Positions 11,827 to 20,000 of a DNA stretch of 20,000 bases are shown here, one piece after another. Source of the stretch: Ionaspis alba (lineage: Eukaryota). The translations under genes were made by a program, and so were the position numbers. Each line of letters begins with the position of its first letter. The first letter of the stretch is position 1. The DNA lies in contig CAXUUL010000011.1 of the NCBI GenBank assembly GCA_964255285.1, positions 56,859 through 76,858 of the forward strand, given 5' to 3'. The notes under the pieces were generated by a model, which saw nothing but the letters and a program-made list of their open reading frames with translations, made no database searches and had not been told where the DNA came from.

Positions 11827-13731
11827 TCAAATAGCCCAACTGCCTCTCCTCGCACGAACTCCCCAATTCTTGTCGGAAAGACCATCCCCGTCGACCATCC
11901 TGGGCTGTTGCCTTGCCCATTCCCGTATGTATAAACGAAGCGCCCACCATCGCCCGCATTGACCATCTTGTACAGCTTGCTCGTCACATCTGTTACCTTC
12001 AGGGGCACCAACGTAGCCTCTAGTATCCTTGCGTGTATCGTCTCGCCGAAGTTCCTCTATTGGTAATTTGGAAATCTTGCTCAACTCCTCGTCGTACTTC
12101 CTCGCCAACGCCGGATAACCAATCGAGAGGTAGTTGTAGATCTGAGTGACGAAGCCGTCGTTGAATTCCAGTTCAAGATCCTCTTCGTATGCAAGCAACT
12201 CATCGATAGCTGATATACTATCCCTTGCCGGACTTGCCGGAGAGTGCGGAAGCTGGTGTGTGCCGCCGACTGAGGTATTCGCGAGCGAATTATCTCGCTC
12301 CATTCCAGGTGTCATCAAGCCGCTTTGGACCACCTTCGGCGGCGATAACGTCTCTTCGTCGGGTGCCGCGCATACCCCGTTCCAAAGGCCACCGGCAGAG
12401 CTCCGTCGACTCTTCGCATTGTCAGGAGCCCACAATCCACTATGCTGTCGCGAGGCCACACCTCGTCCTGCCCGCGAACAGGGAAACTGGGTAGCGTCTA
12501 TTCGCGTCTGCTGGGGTGACATACATTTAGGGAATTGGAGGTTGTGACCGAGCATTGGAGGATTAGCGGCGTTCCGCATACAATTCAGACCTATTCCCTT
12601 TTGCCAGCCTCCTATGATATTTTTGGGGGCAGCGGCAGCATCACTGAGACGTTTCTGCGTAGCATGATCGTTGGTGGCGTCGACTGCAGCGCCTTTCAGC
12701 TTGTTGTTCTCTCCAGATCCATGGACTTGCTTTTGTTCCTTGAGCATTTTCTGATGACGCCGCATCTCATTCATATCCCATCCAGCAGCAGATTCGCGTC
12801 GGGGTTTACGCCGCTCCTCGTCCTCAACATCTTCAAGGAGCCTTCTAGTTCCGATCTCCTCATCAAGGTGTTCGGAATCTCTATCAACAGCAAAATGTTC
12901 CACTGGCTCATGGATGTTCTCATTTGGATAAGCCGCCATGGCCTGCTCTCTGAGTTGACGTTCCGCGGCTCTTGCAGCTAACGCGAGTAAATACCCGGAG
13001 GATCCATCGTCGCAGCTTTCTCGCACGCGGCTGGCGTGCTTGTAGAGCTCCATCTCATCCGATGTGATTGAAGGCGAAGTGGATAGTGATGGACAATTAG
13101 AATCGTTAGAATCGTCGCTGTCAGGATTTGACTGTATCGGTGCAAGATGTGGTATCCGAAATGAGGTCCGTCGCGGAGCCTTCCGGCTTAAGTTTGTTGA
13201 CGAGAATTTAGATTCCGGGACTTGGGGAACTTGGTCAGTGCTTGTCACTGGGGTATTGTCGGGGGCAATCAATAAGGGACCTGGTCGTGTGATCTTCAGG
13301 TGTCGTGGTGGATGTGACTGGTCCACCAGCGAGAGGTCTGTCTGACCAGATGGCCGAAGAGCTGAAGCTGAGTCTCCACTCTTCCTGGTTCTTTTGGTCG
13401 TCTCGACAAGCTCCGGTGTAAATCGACTCGTCTTTGGTGCCGGTTTGGAATTTGCATCGACTGGTATGCTATTGGGACTCGTAGAAGCGACATTCTGCGA
13501 AGGGGACTGCGCAGCTCCTTTCCGGTTGCTCTTGATGCTGGTGCTTTCTAGCTGTGGTACGAATCTTCTTGCTGTCGGAAAGGGGTTGGTGGTCGTGTCC
13601 TTGCTAGAAGACGGTCGATTTGAATTGACGGATGTCTCGAGGGGCTTCGCTGAAGATCTACGTGAGCTTTTCGTACTCATCGACTCTGGCTGTGGGAGTG
13701 GCCGCCGTTGAGATGGAGGAGTATTTGCCAT
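11827..13731 (-). CDS. Hypothetical protein, 634 aa, largely Ser/Pro/Arg-rich with a folded-looking C-terminal region
   Basis: Long uninterrupted ORF. The first in-frame ATG is at 13731 (the track start at 13770 is TTG). Ordered-looking blocks: RESCDDGSSGYLLALAA, FVTQIYNYLSIGYPALARKYDEELSKISK, RWWALRLYIREWARQQP, RARRGSWAI. The true N-terminus is uncertain (see findings). Confidence 0.9.
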   Translation of the reverse strand: MANTPPSQRRPLPQPESMSTKSSRRSSAKPLETSVNSNRPSSSKDTTTNPFPTARRFVPQLESTSIKSNRKGAAQSPSQNVASTSPNSIPVDANSKPAPKTSRFTPELVETTKRTRKSGDSASALRPSGQTDLSLVDQSHPPRHLKITRPGPLLIAPDNTPVTSTDQVPQVPESKFSSTNLSRKAPRRTSFRIPHLAPIQSNPDSDDSNDSNCPSLSTSPSITSDEMELYKHASRVRESCDDGSSGYLLALAARAAERQLREQAMAAYPNENIHEPVEHFAVDRDSEHLDEEIGTRRLLEDVEDEERRKPRRESAAGWDMNEMRRHQKMLKEQKQVHGSGENNKLKGAAVDATNDHATQKRLSDAAAAPKNIIGGWQKGIGLNCMRNAANPPMLGHNLQFPKCMSPQQTRIDATQFPCSRAGRGVASRQHSGLWAPDNAKSRRSSAGGLWNGVCAAPDEETLSPPKVVQSGLMTPGMERDNSLANTSVGGTHQLPHSPASPARDSISAIDELLAYEEDLELEFNDGFVTQIYNYLSIGYPALARKYDEELSKISKLPIEELRRDDTRKDTRGYVGAPEGNRCDEQAVQDGQCGRWWALRLYIREWARQQPRMVDGDGLSDKNWGVRARRGSWAI

Positions 13732-14856
13732 CGGAACTCGTAGAATAGAAGGAACGGCAGGGCGCGGCAAATGGCGTCTCTACCACGTAGAGCTTGATAT
13801 ACTGGATTGATTCCTTCTGGGAACTACGCAGGCAGGATCGTCCCGGAATTGCTCAAGATGCTAGCCGCGTGGCCAAGTATTTCCAAGCTGCCCCCTCAAG
13901 AATTTGGGATCATGCCATTCGGACTCCCTTACGTTGGCCTTCTGGGTATGGATGATTTCTTGATGGAAAACTGGTTTCTCTGGACTTTGATAGCTCGAGC
14001 AGTCTGCACCATGAATGCCGCTTGTTGGCGACAATTGACATGACGGTGAGAGATAATTCGGTGAGGATGGAGTTGATATAGCCTTAAAGGGAGGCGGTTG
14101 AGAAGGTAACTCCAATTGGTGTGTCAGAAGCAGAGGTCCCTGGGGTCAAAAGAGACCGGATGCAAGAACGACGGGCGGCACGATGTGGAGGGGAAAGTCG
14201 GAAGTGATAACGGAAATCAGCGTCGACAACGGTCACGAGAGGCGGAGCGGGTGGACACTCGCCTCAGCATCCATGTGAAAGACGACGCAACGGGGGTTGG
14301 AGGAGGAGGAGAGAGGGGAATGGTTGGCAAACAATAATAATCATCATCATCAGAAGGTGAAGGAACGGGAAGTGTCGGGGCGCGCCAAGAGGGACTGAAG
14401 TGGGATATGGTGGATGGATGGGGCTTCGTGCAGCAGCGGGGCATTCTCACCCACTACGGAGTACGTCCGCGAGCATCTGCCTGACGGGTCCATCTGTCAC
14501 AGCCAAGCAGCCGGTACTAGAATAATACCACTCGGGGAATCATGGAAATGAAATCTATTGGGCTGGGTAGCCAATAAGATCGTCGGTCTCCCTTGTTTCC
14601 TCCTCCAGCCAATGGATCTGTGTCCGGTCATCTTTGATCTATTCGAGCAAGTGTCTGGTATACAATACTCAATCATAGTTATCATCATCATTATTATTGC
14701 ACCTGCCGGGGCCACGGGACCAAGAAGAGACTTGGTGGCATTACGTGGGCCGAGCTACGTAGAAAACGCCTCCCACTACTAATACTACTGATAGTCCTGG
14801 TCGAGGTGGAACGAACGTCGGGATCTAGAGGAGCAGTCGAAAATCAAGCTTTCAAC

Positions 14857-14873
14857 CTCTCTCTCTCTCTCTC
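14857..14873 (+). repeat. (CT)8 microsatellite / pyrimidine tract upstream of the OsmC-like gene
   Basis: CTCTCTCTCTCTCTCTC about 160 nt upstream of ATG 15031. CT-rich tracts commonly precede fungal transcription starts. Confidence 0.7.
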
Positions 14874-15030
14874 GGACTTGGATCTCGGTTTGTTGAAATG
14901 ATACCGTCTGGAAAATACAAGGTACACTCGCTTCCAACATCGTCCCTAACTATATCACAACTTCTACTCACCTCGATAGTCGTAATCATCATTTTCTGCA
15001 CGTCCCTCGGAGTCGATCCCGTCCCGTACC

Positions 15031-15558
15031 ATGGATGCTGCCACCCTCCGTGCGAAGCAGGCCCCTCTCAAGGAACATTATCGATCCACACCGTCTTCTG
15101 CCATTGTGACCCTCAAGTCGGTTGGCTCCCTGGATTCTTCGACCATCACCTGCAAGCTATCAACTGGTCAAGCCATAGCACAAGCCACTAAGGTCGCCGG
15201 TCTTCATCCTGGAACAGGTGGCGATGGTCTTTCCGGTGAGCTGTGTAGTGGAGACATGCTGCTCGAGGCCCTCGTTGCTTGCGCCGGAGTCACCCTCAAA
15301 GCTGTGGCCACGGCCATGGACATTCCCCTGAGATCTGGTACCGTCCGTGCCGAAGGCGACTTGGACTTAAGGGGAACTTTGGGTGTGGACAAGAGCGCCC
15401 CTGTGGGCTTCCAAGAGATCAGGATGACGTTCGAAATGGATTCCGATGCAGCGCAGGACAAGCTGGATACACTGCTGAAGCTCACAGAGCGATACTGTGT
15501 CGTACTGCAGACAATCGCCCAGGGGCCCAATTTGCATTGTAATCTTACTAAAATCTAG
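15031..15558 (+). CDS. OsmC/Ohr-family protein, 175 aa, intronless
   Basis: ACCATGG start context. Two-Cys pattern MLLEALVACAGVT and LTERYCVVLQT, plus GLHPGTGG and AEGDLDLRGTLGVDKSAPVGFQEIR typical of OsmC-like proteins. Confidence 0.93.
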   Translation: MDAATLRAKQAPLKEHYRSTPSSAIVTLKSVGSLDSSTITCKLSTGQAIAQATKVAGLHPGTGGDGLSGELCSGDMLLEALVACAGVTLKAVATAMDIPLRSGTVRAEGDLDLRGTLGVDKSAPVGFQEIRMTFEMDSDAAQDKLDTLLKLTERYCVVLQTIAQGPNLHCNLTKI

Positions 15559-16540
15559 CAGGATTATAGTATCAAGCACAAAATACCTACTGATTGACCA
15601 CGAGAAAGGCTGCAATGCTTCTAGTTTCTCCTTCAATATAGGGCGCCGTTGGGAATGCTCAATCGGTATCCTATGGTGTCCCTTCATCGGCTCGGCTCCT
15701 CTCTGGGAGGAGTGCAGCGAGCTCTCTCCTACTCGTAAGGCTTCGGCCCCGACATTCTCCTCATTCTTCCCATGCATCTTATCAAGTCGAGCATTACCAT
15801 TCCGCATCTTTCGCAACCGGGCCCAGCCTCCAGCTTTCGTTCCATTCACCGGTCTCTCCTGTGTCGCGTTGTGATCTGCTCTGAATGCTTTCTTGCCTCT
15901 TGTGAGTTTTCTCGTCCTGCCCGTTATGATTCAATTGTCCGTCGTTCTTTCTACCCTCATTGTTCCAGCTGTCCCCGCCCGCTTTCTCAACCCAATGGGT
16001 CTTGTCCACTTTGTCTCTTTTGACGTCAATAGTGGTCTCCGCGCTGTATCGCTGGCGGTGATCCTCGTCCTCCATCCCACCGCTATAATCATCGTGAAGG
16101 TGTCCGTGGTTATTATCATGAGAAAAGTCATAACTGGTCTTCCCAATGTGTTGGCTGCGATTCGAATTATGCTGGCATATGTAATACTGGGTACGGTCTC
16201 CCGTTGGCCCGTCCTGAGTCTTGGGTATCGCTTCATCGCTGTTCTTCGACTGTGGAGATCCACTGCGAGCTGGCAATCTAGATTAATGATCTTACTTCTT
16301 GGCGTCAAGCACCGGGGAAATGTCCGTGGCTCTGTTCCTTCTTTCGACTGATATGTGACGCGTACAGCTGCGATTTTCCTTGTCCTCCGACCCATTCCAT
16401 ATGGCCTATCTTGTTTCACAGTTTCTAGGGAGGTCTAGGTCCCAGTACCCGCTATTCTGGCAGCCGCCTGCGAAGATTGAACGTCTCGCTGATAATCCCC
16501 TTGCACCGTGTTTCCGTTCAGTCTAGAAGATTGCCTAGTA

Positions 16541-19051
16541 CTACCACATAACTGATCCAGACTTAGTTTGGCTCCTTTGCATGACTTCTTGATCTTTCAT
16601 CTGATTACCGGCACTGCTACTGATCTTACTTTCAATGTGGGCGACGCATCTCTGGTTTTTTTCCACAAGTGAGGGAGGTTGATATTGCTCTTTTTTCTCA
16701 GTCTCCTTTTTGGATCTCCTTTCCAGTTGCTTCATCTCAAAGACATGATTGATGAGCTGCTCTTTGGAGAGGGCTTTCAGCCGCTCTTTTATTTGCTCAT
16801 CTGTATCCACGACTTTGACATTTAGCATCTTATCCAAAGCATCTGAATCATGGGTTAGTGTGACAGCCTGAGATTGTCGCCACACGGTACAGACCTTGGG
16901 AACGGTAATGAAAAATGAAGATGGCGTAGGGTTTCTCCAGAGAGTCTAGGTATTGCGGGGTGGCCACTTTATGCGCATATGCAACTGGTCTCCCCACTTG
17001 AACCTGATGAGACAGACACTTACGACCAGCCACGTCCTTCGGAATATTATACAAGTGGCTTTCAGCACCGTAGGCTTCGAACATCAGCTGGTCTGTACTA
17101 CTACGATTAGCCCTTGCTTCTTCCCATGGAGTCCAGTATGGTTTTTCGGATGCTGCTGGGTGCGGTGTCAAGCCATTGACAGCGTATCGAAGACTTGGAA
17201 TTCCTTTAGAGAGAATTCTAGGCTCTGTCTGGTTTGCGGTACCGTCAGACTGCTGCTGCACACGTAGCAATGTCTTGGCTCCTGCATGGTACAGCTTCCC
17301 ATCATTGTCAACATTGTGTGGTTTTGCTGACGTTGACCGGGACGGTGTTCCTGAAGATCCGCGCGCTGGAAGCTGTTGCGGCGTAGAGCCCTGTGGTACT
17401 GTTAATGGCGACGAAGGCTTGCTCCATACTCTTGGCAGTTCAACAGGGAATATATGGGTCTGTGATTTCGAGGTCTCGTGTGGGCTGTCGCGCTGCGCAC
17501 AGCGTATTGGATGTTTACCAGCGTTTGGTTCAATCCTTTGAATTTTACCGGCTCGATCTTGATACGTGCTATCGTCGTCTCGAACGTGGTGAAGGCTGCC
17601 GGCCTTCTTCACCTCAATCTCCGCCCGAGATTGGTTGTCATTCGTCTCGTCTCGTTTTACCTGATCGTGGACCCAGAGCTTCGAGTTGTTGGCATGCCTG
17701 ATGGACTCGGCCTTCTGAAAGTCTTGGTGGGTGGGAAAGTCCCTCCGAGATCGCTGCCTGATACCTGTCATGGTACCATCTGCATCAGCGGCAGGCTCCG
17801 CGTGATCATAAATTTTCTGGAGAAGGCTTGATGGGGTTGCTTGGTGAATGGATTTCTCAGTGATGTCCTTAAGTCCGAAAAAGGTTTACTCACCGTTGAT
17901 GACCACGCTCGGCGAACCTAGCGATCGTGCCCGCGCCCGATGGTCGTTCTCCTGTCTTGAGCACTTGGACTCGGTCCAATCTCTGTTATAGTGGCTGCGA
18001 GAGCGACTACGTGGGGTAGAATCATGGTTTTCTCCTTTGCCATGTTGCCATGAAGATTTGCTATTCGATTCAAAACGTCCAGTGTTTGCCCCTATCATTC
18101 TCCAACCCCACATTTGCTGATCACCTTTCTTCTTGGAGCTCTCGGATCTATCCCAGACACCGTCTCCACCAAATGCTTGCCCGTCGACCATGGGAGCACC
18201 GACGTCACGGCTACCACTAAACAAGCAGGATAGGTCATTTTCGGCAAGTACACTCTGTTCGTCAGCTTTTGGTGCAGATGCTTCGGTTACAGGCTGACTG
18301 GCAGATCCTATGGATGGCAAGCAAGTTCGATGGGTCCGAGAGGCACGCTGTCTTGTCATGGTGGGAGCCTGATTGGCTTGGTCTTGCGCCAATGTCCCTT
18401 GAGCATCTCGTACGGAGCTGCAGCGCAGAACGAGCACCTCAATAGTACCGATATACTCGGGAGTAAATGGAGAATGCCCGGCTTGGTCTAAATCGTTGGC
18501 CGGTACTTTTGAATATATCAGTCGTGTTGACTATCTACTCACTTCGAGGACTTAGACACACCAGCTCTGAGTTTTTCGAATCTCCATTGTTTGCCCAACA
18601 TCGAACCGTCTGGCAGTAGCGTTTCCTTCTGCCGTACTTGGAACCTGATCTCAGTACTCCGCCTGGAGCTGGTCCCATCGGGAATCCGTAGATTGCCGCG
18701 GTTGCGGTTGCATTGATATTGTCCATCGATATCTCACCATGATCAGCATCACTCACAGAGATCGAGCTTTGTTATTGTCATCTGGTGTGGCAATTCTTCC
18801 GTGCACTTACAGACAAACATTGCCAGGCCCGGTGCGATATAACCGCTGGAAGTTAATTCGATCACGAATGGCGTCAGAGTGTCTGGAACGGCTAGATATG
18901 TTTCTACCCTGCCATCCTGATATTGCGTGTTGAATTCATCCAATGCTACGTCCGATCCTGTCAACAATCAGCAATCATCTTATGACTATTGAATGATGGA
19001 CAGTATACCTGACCACTTGAGACAGCACTCCAGCTGCTTTAGGATCGGCAT
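16541..19051 (-). CDS. Hypothetical protein, about 739 aa; exons 19009..19051, 18811..18957, 18562..18732, 17894..18505, 16895..17839 (acceptor uncertain), 16541..16842
   Basis: Five phase-1 introns (51, 78, 56, 54, 52 nt) join the ORF fragments into one frame: MPILKQLECCLKWSGSDVALDEF...GYIAPGLAMFVYIDGQYQCNRNR...EIRFQVRQKE...WRFEKL...YIGTIEVLVLRC, a disordered middle, then HQVQVGRPVAYAHKVATPQYLDSLEKPYAIFIFHYRSQDALDKML and a coiled-coil-like end. Confidence 0.85.
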
Positions 19052-19416
19052 GTTCTAGTGATGTCTGGCTGCTGTTCAAATTGCCAAGTTTGTGATGGCT
19101 GTGCACTCAACATATATGAAGTAGGGTTGAAGTGTTGTCATTGGTGTTGAAGTACGTGCCAAACTCAGATCACCAATGAACAACATATGTCCACTGCATG
19201 AAAGAGTAATGAATGAACTTCCACCCTTGTTATAAAAATTGATACTAATGACATTTGCAGAAGGTGATAGCTCTTGATAAATTTGGAATGTTGGGAAATT
19301 TTTCTTTTATAGAGAAGTTGAAATTCGTTCAAACTGTTAGGTGACACGGACACCACTTAGCTAGATCAGGGCACTTGCTTAGGGTTGGATCGTAAGACGG
19401 AAAATCTTAAGGTTAT

Positions 19417-19528
19417 TGTTACGGGCTGTCGCACGTAGCTATGGGCACGCTAGCCCACTAGTGCCTTTCCCATAGTATTTAGGCCTGAGAGGCATATAGT
19501 TAATAGATCATCATTATATCTCACGACA
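19417..19528 (+). mobile_element. Short (112-bp) LTR-like element
   Basis: TG...CA termini with imperfect inverted ends (TGTTACGG...TCACGACA), typical of fungal retrotransposon LTRs. Its right end is repeated at 1700..1723. No matching target-site duplication. Confidence 0.55.
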
Positions 19529-19531
19529 ATA

Positions 19532-19930
19532 GGGAGGTTCTGCACCGTCCGTTAAGTTAAATTCCTTACCCAATTCGGCCGTAGACGTCAGCCAAAAGGC
19601 TCAATCGGGCGTAATCCAACGTAATCTTTTTTAGGTAAGGAATCGGATTCTTTAAATAAGGAATCCGATTCCTTATTTAATCGGGCGATTTTAAACAGTT
19701 TCTTTGCCAAATCAAGTTATAAATTGTGGTTTAAATCCAAACGTCGCGATATCATCGTGAGTCTGTCTCGAATTGCTATAATTCTTGTATATCAACGTTC
19801 TAACGTTTTAATCTCTCAATAACTGTCGAGATCGAATCATATAATATATCCAATAGAACGTTGTATTTAATCGGTATTTATGAATCGGGTAAGGGAAGGA
19901 TTTAACCTAACCGACGCTGCAGAACCTTCC
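19532..19930. mobile_element. Non-autonomous TIR DNA transposon (MITE), 399 bp, TA target duplication (Tc1/mariner/pogo-like)
   Basis: Left end GGGAGGTTCTGCACCGTCCGTTAAGTTAAAT versus reverse complement of right end GGAAGGTTCTGCAGCGTCGGTTAGGTTAAAT (27/31), continuing with CCTTACCC(A/G)ATTC. TA at 19530..19531 and 19931..19932. AT-rich interior with no ORF of 60 aa or more. Confidence 0.9.
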
Positions 19931-20000
19931 TAATAGTCCCTTTCTAAGGATTGACCTTAGCAGTTATCATCCTCAAGATATTCCTCGGGTTGTCGTCCGG

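Noticed and set aside
13910..14270. ATG-initiated uORFs (13910..14041, 14217..14270) upstream of the 634-aa gene
   Set aside because: The transcription start is unknown and there is no recognisable conserved peptide, so they cannot be supported.
8327..16543. Genome-wide reassignment of TAG/TAA to Gln as the cause of the in-frame stops
   Set aside because: PLC (8327), the cupin (11457) and OsmC (15556) all end in TAG at plausible domain ends, and the long exons contain no internal TAG/TAA.
8757..18933. Numerous ORFs antisense to real genes (e.g. 9427..9834, 12146..12547, 12535..12981, 15204..15530, 17176..17541, 17478..17831)
   Set aside because: They are shadow frames of the real CDSs, with no motifs or independent signals.
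19336..19395. Possible second degenerate LTR (TGTTAGG...CGTAAGA) and a single TTAGGG
   Set aside because: No CA end, no target-site duplication and no second copy in the window. One telomere-like hexamer is expected by chance.
1..20000. tRNA, rRNA, CRISPR array or secondary-metabolite cluster
   Set aside because: No cloverleaf, rRNA-like segment, repeat-spacer array or backbone biosynthetic enzyme was seen.

Overview
Fungal genomic DNA (filamentous ascomycete, judged by short GT-AG introns with CTRAY branch sites and by gene content). Seven protein-coding genes can be reconstructed by hand, several of them fragmented or missed in the ORF track: a partial minus-strand Cys4-motif protein running off the left edge (<1..854); a spliced 69-aa zinc-ribbon-like microprotein (5164..5468); a 4-exon PI-specific phospholipase C with X, Y and C2 regions but no PH domain (8327..10653); a 2-exon 95-aa cupin (11077..11459); a 634-aa low-complexity hypothetical protein (11827..13731); an intronless OsmC/Ohr-family protein (15031..15558); and a 6-exon ~739-aa hypothetical protein (16541..19051). 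The first 8 kb is gene-poor and holds what look like decayed coding relics. The right end carries a short LTR-like element with a TA-flanked 399-bp MITE beside it. The most unusual signal is that two genes have same-frame extensions interrupted only by TAG/TAA codons, which suggests RIP-like Gln-to-stop erosion or, less likely, A-to-I stop-codon editing. I cannot claim a new biological system from sequence alone.
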